A DNA stretch of 64,000 bases from the human T2T-CHM13v2.0 reference genome, Homo sapiens. Below the pieces are notes generated by a model. It saw only the letters and a program-made list of their open reading frames with translations, searched no databases and had not been told where the DNA came from. Within the stretch, counting starts at the first letter, position 1. Each line of letters begins with the position of its first letter. The position numbers and the translations under genes are program-made. The stretch lies in assembly GCF_009914755.1 (NCBI RefSeq), contig NC_060947.1; one strand, written 5' to 3'. Of this stretch, positions 48,451 to 64,000 are shown one piece after another.

Positions 48451-48750
48451 GCCTCTTACTGCTCAGCGTTAGGGAAGCCCGAGGGCAGAAAGGAGGAGAA
48501 TCGCAGCTGATGTAAAGCACTGTGAGGTCAGGCATGCCAAGACAAGAAAACAATTGGTGTCAAAGGTGGGCACAAAAGGTATCTGATAGAGAAGGTAATG
48601 GAGTAACCTCTGTAGTGCTCTGGGGAAAAAAATGGTTGTAGCCCAAGAATTCCCCCAGCACTTGTCATTTGAGTGATGGCAATGGAAAGGCGTGTGTATT
48701 AGATATCATCCCCTACTTTCTACTAAAGCACGCCTTTTATCCTGTAGATC

Positions 48751-50825
48751 TTTCTCTTTTTTTTTAACTTTTATTTTAAGTTACAGGGTACATATGCAGG
48801 ATGTGTAGGTTTGTTACATAGGTAAACATGTGCCATGGTAGTTTGCTGCACAGATCAACCCATCACATAGATATTAAGCTCAGCATACACTATCTATTCT
48901 TCCTGATGCTCTCCCTCCCCTTACCCACCCCCCAACAGGACCCTGTGTGTGTTGTTCCCCCCCACCATGTGTCCGTGTGTCCTAATCATTGAGCCCCCAC
49001 TTATAAGTGAGAACATGTGGTGTTTAGTTTCATGTTCCTGCATTAGTTTGCTGAGGATAATGACTTCCAGCTCCATCCATGTCCCTGCAAAGGACATGAT
49101 CTTGTTCCTTTTTATGGCTGCATAATATTCCATGGTGTATATGTACCACATTTTCTTTATCCAGCCTATCATTGATGAGCATTTAGGTTGATTCCATGTA
49201 TTTGCTATTGTGAATAGTGCTGCAGTGAACAAACATGTGTATGTATTTTTACAATGGAATTATTTATGTTCCTTTGGGTATTTACCTGGTAGTGGGACTT
49301 GCTGGGTCAAACGGTATTTCTGGTTCTAGATCTTTGAGGAATCGTCACTCTGTCTTCCACAATGATTGAACTAATTTATACGCCCACCAACGGTGTAAAA
49401 GCACTCCTTTTTCTCTGCAACCTCACCAGCACACCAGCATCTGTTGTTTTTTGACTTTTTAATAACGCCATTCTGACTGATGTGGGATGGTGTCTCGATG
49501 TGGTTTTGATTTGCATTTCTCCAATGATCAGTGATGTTGAGCTTTTCTTCATGTGTTTTTTGGCCACACAAATGTCTTCTTTTGAGAATTGTCTTTTCAT
49601 GTCCTTTGCCCTCTTTTTAATGGGGTTGTTTGTTTTTTTTCTTGTAAATTATTTTAAGTTCCTTGTAGATTCTGGATATTAGACTTTGGCAGGTGGACAG
49701 ATTGCAAAATTCTTCTCATATTCTGTAGTTTGTCTGTTTACTCCGATGATAGCTTCTTTTGCTGTGCAGAAGCTCTTTAGTTTAATTAGATCCCATTTGT
49801 CAATTTTTGCTTTTGTCGCAACTGCTTTTGGCGTTTTTGTCATGAAATCGTTGCCCGTGTCTATGTCCTGAATGGTATTACTTAGATCTTACTTTAGGGT
49901 TTTTATAGTTTTGGACTTTACATTTAAGCCCTTAATCCATATTGAGTTAATTTTTGTATAAGGCATAAGGAAGGGGTCCAGTTTCAATTTTCTGCATATG
50001 GCTAGCCAGTTTTCCCAACACCATTTATTAAATAAGAAGTCCTTTTCCCATTGCTTGTTTTTGTCAGGTTTGCTGAAGATCAGATGCTTGTAGGTGTGCG
50101 GTGTAATTTCTGAGTTCTCTATTCTGTTCCATTGGTCTATGTGTTTGTTTTTGCAACAGTACCATGCTGTTTTATACTGTAGCTCTGCAGTATAGTTTGA
50201 AGTTGGGTAACATGATTCCTCCAGGTTTGTTCTTTTTGCTTAGATTGTCTTGGATACTTGGGCTCCTTTTTGGTTCCATATGAACTTTAAAACAGTTTCT
50301 TCTAATTCTTTGAAGAATGTCAATGGTAATTTAATGGGAATAGCATTGAATCTATAAATTACTTTGGGCAGTATGTCCATTTTCAGGATATTGATTCTTT
50401 CTATCCATGAGCATGGAATGTTTTTCCATTTGTTTGTGTCCTCCCTTATTTCCTTGAGCAGTGGTTTGTAGTTCTCCTTGAGGAGGTCCCTCACTTCCTT
50501 TGTTAGCCGAATTTCTGGTATTTTTTTTTTGTAGTAATTGTGAATGGGAGTTCATTCATAATTTGGCTCTCTGCTTGCCTGTTATTGGTGTATAGGAATG
50601 GTAGCAGTTTTTGCTCATTGATTTTGTATCCTGAGACTTTTCTGAAGTCGATTATCAGCTTAAGGAGCTTTTGGGCTGAAACGATGCTGTTTTCTAGATA
50701 TAGGATCATGTCATACCCAAACAAAGATAATTTGACTTCCTCTTTCCCTATTTGAGTACCCTATATATCTGTCTCTTGCCTGATTGACCTGCCCAGAACT
50801 TCCAATGCTATGTGGAATAAGAGTG
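48751..50825 (-). mobile_element. 5'-truncated L1PA10/11-like element
   Basis: 3'UTR plus ORF2 C-terminal remnants (ORFs 48921-49232, 50240-50494, 50503-50724). Confidence 0.85.
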
Positions 50826-51146
50826 CATATACCACATTTTCTTTATCCATTAATCCATTCAATGAACGTTTGGATTTCTTCCACCTCTTCACTATGGTGA
50901 ATAGTGCTGCAATGAACACGGGAGTATGCATATTTCTTTGAGATTTTCCTTAAAATTCCTTTGGTATATTGCTAAAAGTAGGATTGCTGGATCGTGTGGT
51001 AAATCAGTTTTCAGTTTCTTGAGGAACAACTATACTCTGTCTCTTTTTTTTATTATGCTTTAAGTTTTAGGGTGCATGTGCACAACGTGCAGCTTAGTTA
51101 CATATGTATACATGTGCCATGTTGGTGTACTGCAACCAGTAACTAG

Positions 51147-55092
<3,946 letters not shown>

Positions 55093-55140
55093 TTATTTTG
55101 CTCGTTAGTTGATGCAGTTTCTTCCTAGCCTCGATGGTGT

Positions 55141-56157
55141 TTACAATTTGGAATGTTTTTGCAGTGGCTGGTACCAGTTTTTCCTTTCCATGTTTAGTGC
55201 TTCCTTCAGGAACTCTTTTAGGGCAGGCCTGGTGGTGACAAAATCTCTCAGCATTTGCTTTTCTGTAAAGTATTTTATTTCTCCTTCACTTATGAAGCTT
55301 AGTTTGGCTGGATATGAAATTCTGGGTTGAGAATTCTTTTCTGTAATAATGTTGAATATTGGCCCCCACTCTCTTCTGGCTTGTAGAGTTTCTGCCGAGA
55401 GATCTGCTGTTATTCTGATGGGCTTCCCTTTGTGGGTAACCCGACCTTTCTCTCTGGCTGCCCTTAACATTTTTTCCTTCATTTCAACTTTGGTGAATCT
55501 GTCAATTATGTGTCTTGGAGTTGCTCTTCTCGAGGAGTATCTTTGTGGAGTTCTTTGTATTTCCTGAATTTGAATGTTGGCCTGCCTTGCTAGATTGAGG
55601 AAGTTCTCCTGGATAATATCCTTCGGAGTGTTTTCCAATTTGGTTGCATTCTCCCCATCACTTTCAGGTACACCAATCAGACGTAGATTTAGTCTTTTCA
55701 CATAGTCCCATATTTCTTCGAGGCTTTGTTCATTTCTTTTTATTCTTTTTTCTCTAAACTTCTCTTCTCGCTTCATTTCATTCATTTGATCTTCCATCAC
55801 TGATACCCTTTCTTCCAGTTGATCGAATTGGCTACTGAGGCTTGTGCATTCATCACGTAGTTCTTGTGCCATGGTTTTCAGCTCCATCAGGTCTTTTAAG
55901 GACTTCTCTGCATTGGTTATTCTAGCTAGCCATTCGTCTGATTTTTTTTCAAGGTTTTTAACTTCTTTGCCATGGGTTCGAACTTCCTCCTTTAGCTTGG
56001 ATTAGTTTGATCATCTGAAGCCTTCTTCTCTCAACTCATCAAAGTCATTCTCCGTCCAGCTTTGTTCCGTGGCTGGTGATGAGCTGCGTTCCTTTGGAGG
56101 AGGAGAGGCGCTCTGATTTTTAGAGTTTCCAGTTTTTCTGCTCTGTTTTTTTCCCAT
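55141..56157 (-). pseudogene. L1 ORF1p with a premature TAA near 56004
   Basis: The ATG at 56157 is in frame with the 248-aa ORF 55141-55887. AAC TAA TCC replaces N-Y-S. Confidence 0.88.
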
Positions 56158-56705
56158 CTTTGTGGTTTTATCTACCATTGGTGTTTGATGATGGTGACGT
56201 ACAGATGGGGTTTTGGTGTGGATGTCCTTTCTGTTTGTTAGTTTTCCTTCTAACAGACAGGATCCTCAGGTGCAAGTCTGTTGGATTTTGCTGGAGGTCC
56301 AATGCAGACCCTGTTTGTCTGGGTATCAGCAGCAGAGGCTGCAGAACAGTGGATATTGGTGAGCAGCAAATTTTGCTGCCTGATTGTTCCTCTGGAAGTT
56401 TTTTCTCAGAGGAGTACTTGGCCATGTGAGGTGTCAGTCTGCCCCTACTGGGGGGTGCCTCCCAGTTAGGCTATTCAGGGGTCAGGGACCCACTTGAGGA
56501 GGCAGTCTGTCCGTTCTCAGATCTTCAGCTGCATGCTGGGAGAACCACTACTCTCTTCAAAGCTGTCAGACAGGGACATTTAAGTCTGCAGAGGATTCTG
56601 CTGCCTTTTGTTTGGCTATGCCCTGCCCCCAGAGGTGGAGTCTATAGAGGGCTCCACCCAGTTTGAGCTTCCTGGCCACTTTCTTTACCTACTCAAGCCT
56701 GAGCA

Positions 56706-57326
56706 ATGGCAGGCGCCCCTCCCCCAGCCTCGCTGATGCCTTGCAGTTTGATCTCAGACTGCTGTGCTAGAAATGAGCAAGGCTCCGTGGGCATAGGACC
56801 CTCCGAGCCACGCATGGGATATAATCTCCTGGTGTGCCGTTTGCTAAGACTGTTGGAAAAGCACAGTATTAGGGTGGGAGTGACCCAATTTTCCAGGTGC
56901 CATCTGTCACCCCTTTCTTTGACTAGGAAACGAAATTCCCTGACCCCTTGCTCATCCCAGGTGAGACAACACCTCGCTCTGCTTCAGCTCATGCTCAGTG
57001 CACTGCACCCACTGTCCTGCACCTACTTTCCAACACTCCCCAGTGAGATGAACCCAGTACCTCAGTTGGAAATGCAGAAATCACCCGTCTTCTGCGTCGC
57101 TCATGCTGGGAGCTGTAGACGGGAGCTATTCCTATTCGGCCGTCTTGGCTCCACCCCCCCCAAACTGTTTCATATTGCTTGCACATTTAACATTTCCACT
57201 AACTGTGCACAAGGTTCCAAATTCTCCACATCCTTGACAACACTTGTTATTTTTGTTTTTGATATTTGCCATCCTAATGAATGTGAAGTGATATGTAGAT
57301 TTAATTTGCATTTCCTTAATGATTAG
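56706..57326 (+). CDS. L1 antisense ORF0-like frame, extended to 206 aa (putative)
   Basis: Starts MAGAPPPASLMPCSLISDCC (ORF0 N-terminus) from an ATG in strong context (gcaATGg). It stays open past the L1 5' end at 57160. Expression is not shown. Confidence 0.45.
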   Translation: MAGAPPPASLMPCSLISDCCARNEQGSVGIGPSEPRMGYNLLVCRLLRLLEKHSIRVGVTQFSRCHLSPLSLTRKRNSLTPCSSQVRQHLALLQLMLSALHPLSCTYFPTLPSEMNPVPQLEMQKSPVFCVAHAGSCRRELFLFGRLGSTPPKLFHIACTFNISTNCAQGSKFSTSLTTLVIFVFDICHPNECEVICRFNLHFLND

Positions 57327-57405
57327 TAATGTTCAGCTTCTTTTCGTAGACTTTTTGGCCATTTGATTAGTTTTGCAAAAAGGTCTATTCAAGTCCTTTT
57401 TCCGT

Positions 57406-58960
57406 TTTTAAAATTTTATTTTAGATTCAGGGGGTACTTGTGCAGGTTTGTTAAATGGGTAGATTGTATGATGCTGAGGTTGGGCTTCTAATGTTCCTGT
57501 CCCCCAAGTAGTAAACCCTGTATTCAATAGATGGTTTTTCAGCCCTTTTCCCCCTACTTTCTTCCCCCTTTTAAAATCCCCATTGTTTAGTGTTCCTGTC
57601 TTTGTGGCCATGTGTACTCAATATTTAGCTCCTGCTTATAAGTGAGAACATGTGGTATTTAGTTTTCTGTTTCTGTGTTAATTCACTTAGGATAATGGTC
57701 TCCAGTTGCAACTATGTTCCTGCAAAGGACATGATTTCATTCTTTTTTTATGGCTGTGTGGTATTCCATGGTGTATATGTACTATATTTCCTTTATCTAA
57801 TCCACCACTGATGGACACCTAGGTTGATTCCAGGTCTTTGCTGTTGTGAATAGTGTGGTGATGAACATATGAGTTCATGTGTCTTTTTAATATAATGATC
57901 TATTTTCCTATGGATATGTAGCTCTGTTTTAAGTTCTTTGAAAAATCTTCAGACTACTTTCCACAGTGGCTGGACAGATTTACATGCCCACCAATAGTAT
58001 ACAAGTTTTCCCTTTTCTCTGCAACCTCAACAAAATCTCTTATTTTCCAACTTTTTAGTAATAGCCATTTTGACTGGTGTGAGATGATGTCTCATTGTAG
58101 TTTTGATTTGCATCTTTCTGATTATTACTGCTGAGCATTTTTCTCATATGTTTTTTGGCTGCTTTTTTGTCTTCTTTTGAGAGATTTTTGTTCATGTACT
58201 TTGCTCGTTTCTTAATGATGTTATTTGTTTTATTCTTTTTGATTTGTTCAAGTTCCTTATAGATTCTGGATGGTAGTCCTTTGTCAGATGCATAGTTTGC
58301 AAATATTTTCTTCATTCCATTCTATAGGTTGTCAGTATACTCTGTTGATAGTTTCTTTTGCTGTGGAGAAGCTATTTAATTTAATTAGATCTCATTTGTC
58401 AATTTTTGTTTTATTTGCATTTGCTTTTGAGAACTTAGTCATAAATTCTTTGCCTAGGCCGATGTCTAGAAGGGTATTTCCCAGGGTTTCTTCTAGGACT
58501 TTTATAGTTTAAGGTCTTGCATTTAAGTCTTTAATCCATCTTAAGTTAAGTATGGTGAGAGATAGTGGTCCCGGTTCATTGTTCTGTACGTGGTTAGCCA
58601 GTTTTTCCAGCTCCATTTTTTGAATGGCATGTTCTTTCCTCACTGTTTTTTTTTTTGATTTTGCCAAAGATCAGTTGGTTTTAGGTGTGTGGCTTTATTT
58701 CAGAGGTCTCTATTCTGTTCCATCGGTCTATGTGCCTGTTTTTGTACCAGTACTTTACTGTTTTGGTTAGTATTGCCTATAGTATAGTTTGAAGTTCGGT
58801 AATGTGATGCCTCCATCTTTGTTCTTTTTGCTTAGGATTGCCTTGGCTATTCAGGCTCTTTTGTGGTTCTATATGAATTTTAGAATAGTTTTATTCTAAT
58901 CCTGTGAAAAATCACATTGATAATTTGGTAGGAATAACATTGAATCTATAGATTGCTTTG
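57406..58960 (-). mobile_element. L1PA15/16-like 3' fragment
   Basis: ttttattttagattcagggggtacttgtgcagg. Degenerate TSD ctttttccgtttttaaa / ctttgcctatttttaaa. Confidence 0.8.
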
Positions 58961-59245
58961 CTTTGCCTATTTTTAAATGGGGTTATTTGTTTTTCTTGTT
59001 GAGCTGAAAAAGTTCTTTATACATTCTGGATATTAACCCTGTATCAGATTACGATTTGAAAATATTTTCTTGCATTCCATACATTGCCTTTCCATTCTAT
59101 TGATTGTATCCTTTGATTTACAGAAGTTTTGAAGTTGTATGTAGTCTCAATTGTTTATTTTTGCTTTTGTTACCTGTGCTTTTGTTGTCATATGTAAGAA
59201 ATCGTTACCAAATCCAGTGTCATGAAGACTTTTTCCCTATGTTTT

Positions 59246-59590
59246 TGATAAGGTTTGCCTGTGTCCCCACTCAAATCTCATCCTGAATTGTAGTTTCCAT
59301 AATCCCTGTGTGTCATGGGAGGGACTCAGTGGGAGGTAATTGAATCATGGGGTCGGTTAACTTCATGCTGTTCTCATGATAGTGAGTCAGTTTGCACGAG
59401 ATCTGATGGTTTTATAAGAGGCTTTTACCCCTTTTGCTTGGCATTTCTCCTTCCTGAGAAACTTTCTGATTGTAAGTTTCCTGAGGCCTTCCCAGCCATG
59501 CTGAACTGTGAGTCAATTAAACCACTTTCCTTTTTAAATTACCCAGTCTCAGGTATGTCTTTATTAGCAGTGTGGGAAGAGACTAATACA
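59246..59590 (+). mobile_element. THE1B/C-like solo LTR with an internal deletion
   Basis: tgataaggtttgcctgtgtcccc...gactaataca. TSD gtttt / atttt. Confidence 0.88.
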
Positions 59591-59694
59591 ATTTTCTTCT
59601 AAGAGTTTATAGTTTTAGGTCTTATGTTTAGGTCTTTAATCCATTTTTAGTTAATTTTTGTATATGGCTTAAGGTTAGGATTCCACTTTATCCT

Positions 59695-59853
59695 TTTTCT
59701 GCTTAAGAGAAGCGGTTTCACTTTGTCACCCACACTGGAGTACAGTGGCCTAATCAAAGCTCATTGCAGCCTTGAACTCTTATTCTTAAGCAATCGTCCC
59801 ATCTCAGCCTCTCAAGTAGCTGGGATTACAGGTGGAAGCTGCCACATCTGGCC
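59695..59853 (-). mobile_element. FRAM/FAM-like Alu monomer
   Basis: Single diverged right-arm monomer. TSD ccactttatcctttt / ccattttattctttt. Confidence 0.75.
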
Positions 59854-60594
59854 CATTTTATTCTTTTGCATGTAGGTTCTCAGTTTTATCAACAGTGTTT
59901 GTTGAAAAGACTGTTCTTTTTTTTTTCACTATGTGGTCTTGGCACTCTTGTTGAAAATCATTTGGCCATATACACAAGAGTTTATTTATGGGCTCTATAT
60001 TCTGTTCCATTGGCCTATATGTCTGTCTTTGAACCAGTACCACAATGTTTTGATTACTGTAGCATTTTTGTGTATTTTAAAATCAGGAAAAGTGAGACCT
60101 TCAACTTTGCTCTTCTTTTTCAAGATTGTTTTGGCTATTCAGGGTCCTTGAAATTTCATATGAATTTTAAGATGGTTTTTCCTATTTCTGTAAAAAATGT
60201 CACTAGGATTTTGATAGGGATTGCACTACATCTATAGATTGCTTTGGGTAGTATGAAGTTGAAACAATATTAAGTCTTCTAATCCAAAAACACAGGATTC
60301 TTTTTTTCCATTTACGTGTTATCTTTGATTTCTTTGAGCAATGTTTTTTAGTTTTCAGTGTGTAAGTCCTTCACCTTGGTTAAGTTTGTCCCTAAGTGTT
60401 TTATTATTTTTGAGGCTATTGTAAATTGTATTGTTTTCTTAATTATCTTTTTGTACTGTTCACTGTTAGTAGTACATAGGAAAAAAAACCTTCTTTTTTG
60501 TGATGATTTTGAACCTTGCAACTTTGCTAAATTTATGTATTAATTATAGCAGTTTTTAAAAAGAATACTTGGGGTTTTCTACATATAAGATTAT

Positions 60595-60887
60595 TCTAAG
60601 TGAAGTAACTCAGGAATGGAAAACCAAATGCCATATGTTCTCACTTATAACTGGGAGCTATGCTGTGCATATGTAAAGGCATACAGAGTGGTATAATGGA
60701 CTTTGGAGACTCAGAAGAGGGAGCATGGGAGGGGGTGAGGGGTAAAAACAACTACATGTTGGGTACAGTGTTCACCACTTGGGTGATAAGTGCACTAAAA
60801 TCTCAGACTTCACCACTATACAATTCATACATCTAATAAAAAACCACTTGGACTCCAAAAGCTATTGAAATAAAAAATATTTTAAAA
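60595..60887 (+). mobile_element. Short L1PB/L1MA1-like 3' end
   Basis: ctaagtgaagtaactcaggaatggaaaacc...ctattgaaataaaaaa. TSD aagattat. Confidence 0.78.
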
Positions 60888-61074
60888 AGATTATGTCATA
60901 TGAACAGACATAATTTTACTTCTTCCTTTCCAGTTTTGACCCTTATTATTTATTTTTTGTAGTAGGATTATTTTATTGGCCATATTCACTGATGGACTCT
61001 CCTATTGAACTGAATAATCTTTAAACACATTATATGTATCCCCTCAGACAACAACAATGGTGACATTTTCATAT

Positions 61075-61868
61075 ATTATTATTTTTTATTATAGTTTAAG
61101 TTCTGGGGAACATGTGCAGAATGTGCAGTTTTGTTACATAGGTATACACGTGCCATGGTGGTTTGCTGCTCCCATCAACCCATCACCTACATTAGGTATT
61201 TCTCCTAATGTTATCCCTCCCCTAGCCCCTGACCCCCCAACAGGCCCCGGTGTGTGATGTTCCCCTCCCTATGTCCATGTGTTCTCAGTTCAACTCCCAC
61301 TTATGAATGAAAACATGCAGTGTTTGATTTTCTGTTCTTGTGATAGTTTGCTGAGAATGATGGTTTCCAGCTTCATCCATGTCCCTGCAAAGGACATTAA
61401 CTCATCCTCTTTTATGGCTGCAAAGCATTCCATGGTGTATATGTGCCACATTTTCTTAATCCAGTCTATCATTGATGGACATTTGGGTTGGTTCCAAGTC
61501 TTTGCTATTGTGAATCATGCCACAACAAACATACATGTGCATGTGTCTTTATAGAAGACTGATTTATAATCTTTTGGGTATATACCCAGTAATGGGATTG
61601 CTGGTTCAAATGGTATTTCTAGTTCTAGATCCTTGATGAATCGCCACACTGTCATTGAACTAATTTACACTCCCACCCACAGTGTAAAAGCGTTCCTATT
61701 TCTCCACATCCTCTCCAGCATCTGTTGTTTCCTGACTTTTTAATGATTGCCATTCTAACTGGCGTGAGATGGTATCTCATTGTGGTTTTGATTTGCATTT
61801 CTCTAATGACCAGTGATGATAAGCATTTTTCACATGTGTCTTGGCTGCATAAATGTCTTCTTTTGAAA
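61075..61868 (-). mobile_element. L1PA6/7-like 3' fragment
   Basis: taagttctggggaacatgtgcagaatgtgcag...ctacattaggtatttctcc; ORF 61290-61472. Confidence 0.87.
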
Positions 61869-62429
61869 ATTTTAAAATTCTATGTGTCATGAGTCCAGTA
61901 CAGTCTTAGAACACAGGCATTATTTTATTCCTGCACTGTGTTTATGGGACTTGGCTAACAAATAGATGGGACATCATATCCCTCTTTAAAACATGGAAGG
62001 ATAATGTGAAAAGGTAGAAAAATATATAGGTGTCTTCTTCTTCCAAAATTATTCGTCTAACAGATGAAATGCTAATAGATGAAACTGTTGATCCAAGAGA
62101 AGAATGAGAGCTTCACACCCCTAAATCACGAAATAGTATGGAATTTTTAACCCATTCCCTGGATTCCTCTCTTCCACATCTTCTAATTCAGTCCTTTCAA
62201 AGTGCAGCTCTTGTCTTGTCTTTTTCTTGACAATTTTCTTTTAATTAAGTTTAATTTATAAATGGAACCCATGTTACATAGCCTTCTTGGGAACAGAGTA
62301 TCACAAGTCACCTGGAATAATCATGCAAAGCTCAAGTCTAGAAATCTAGAATTTGTTGGATTCTAGAATAAGATATTTCCAAAGAGTGAACAGGCATAGG
62401 GGTCATGGCTTTTTAAAATTACTTCTTAA

Positions 62430-63310
62430 AGATGCATTGAGAAATTATAGACAAATGAAAATGGTGTATATTCAAGGTATGCAATGTGATGCTTCGATAT
62501 ACATTGTAAAATAATTAACACAATCACACTAACTTATTCATCTCCTTACACAGTTACCGTGTGTGTGTGTATGTGTGTGTGTATACAGTAAGAATAGCTA
62601 AAATCTAGTCTCTTAGCATATTTCAAGTATACAATATAGTATTATTAATTATTGTCACCATGGTGTACATTGAGTCTCCAGAACTTATTCATCTCATAAC
62701 TGGAAGTTTGTACTCTTGACAAACATTTCCCCATTTTTCCCACCTCTGACCACCAGTAACAACCCTTCTACTCTTTTCCTATGAGTTCAACTTTTTTAGA
62801 TTTCTTGCATATAAGAGAAATCGTACAGTATTTGCTTTCTGTGTCTGGCTCTTTTCGTCTAGGATAATGTTCTCCAGGTTCATCCATGCTGTCACAAATG
62901 GTAGAATTAAGGCTAAATTGTGTGTGTGCGTGTGTGTGTGTGTGTAAAACTCATTTTCTTTACCCATTGATGGAAACTTGGGTTGTTTGAATATTTTGAC
63001 TATTGTGAATATTGCTGCAATGAACATGAAAGTGCTGATATCTCTTTGAAACAGTGGTTTTATTTCCTTTGGATGTATACCCAGAAGTGTAATTGCTGGA
63101 TTATATGGTAGATCTATTTTTAATTATTTTAAGAACCTCCATACTGTTTTCTCTAATGGCTGTAGCAAATTATATTTGCAGTAACAGTGTACAAGGGTTG
63201 CTTTTTCTCAACTCCCTTGCCAACACTTTTTATCTCTTGACATTTTGATAGTAGTCATGCTAACAGATATGAAGTGACATTTCATTTGATTTTAATTTTC
63301 ATTCCCTTGG
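62430..63310 (-). mobile_element. L1MA8/9-like 3' end with two (TG)n tracts
   Basis: gtatattcaaggtatgcaatgtgatg...gtctccagaacttattcatctcataactggaagtttgtac. Confidence 0.78.
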
Positions 63311-63329
63311 GTAAGAGCTGTAAAAGTGA

Positions 63330-64000
63330 GGCTGCTTGACGCATGCACAAACTCCTTCTAGGGAGAATTTGCAGACCTGAATTAATCACTGGAGTGAGCC
63401 AGGGGAGATGGCATGGAAAGTGCCCACATTCTCATTCAGGCTCCCAAAGGCCTACTGTTTATCTGCCCCATCAGCTCCTGGAATCAGGTTAGTCAGACAT
63501 CCAATCCTCTAACAGCAACTGGAAAAGTGTATAGACAAATACCAGGAAGAAACTGGGAGCTTGAAGCTTTTGTCAGTTTTCTCTTTTTTGAGTACAGAGG
63601 TGAAGAAAGGGGTAGGATAGTCACTGAACCTGCTCACACACCCGTTTAAAACTGTCTCTTTGTTCTCTGTGGTCTGGGGAGATCTGGTAATGCCAAGTCT
63701 TTTCTGCTTCCAGAGCTGGGTGATTTAGGACCCAAACACTGTGAGGAGAGCAGTAAAAGTTGAAATGCTCTATGTGTGGTCCAAAGCTTTCACTCTTTAG
63801 GGAGAAGTTGGGAGTTAGGGATTTCTTCCTGATTGTAAGGTGCTGTGCTTGTGATGGGATTTGTGCATGAATATATCTTAGCCTTTCCTACCTAATTGGA
63901 AGTGAATATTTTCTCAGCTGCCTGGAGTACAGGAGTCAGGATTTCTGGATTTCTCTCAGAGGAAATTGATCCATGTGTAGAACTTATTTGGTGCATCTGT
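63330..64000 (-). mobile_element. Old L1M4-type 5'UTR fragment (runs off the window)
   Basis: agggagaagttgggagt...cctgattgtaagg...agcctttcctacc...tttctggatttctctcagaggaaattg. Confidence 0.55.

Overview
Primate (human-like) AT-rich genomic DNA made up mostly of nested retroelements. It contains two full-length minus-strand L1PA elements (19077-25233 and ~51041-57160), many older or truncated L1PA/L1PB/L1M pieces, Alus, MaLR solo LTRs (THE1/MST), L2, MIR and a Tigger4/MER46-like fragment. I see no intact protein-coding gene. The one host-gene-derived feature is a disabled, intronless TPMT (thiopurine S-methyltransferase) retrocopy on the minus strand (~38034-40275), inserted into an L1MA 3' end. 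Four observations stand out. (1) The TPMT retrocopy carries a MER21-like LTR segment inside its target-site duplications, apparently spliced to the first coding exon, which may be a fossil LTR-driven TPMT isoform. (2) A 206-aa antisense L1 ORF0 reads through the L1 5' end into flanking DNA, in an element whose YY1 site is mutated. (3) A young, tailless, inverted L1 fragment has a 28-bp palindrome at its junction. (4) A palindromic 23-bp tandem expansion sits inside the TPMT CDS. Subfamily names and old-repeat boundaries are assigned by eye from recalled consensus sequences and are approximate. No database search was run.
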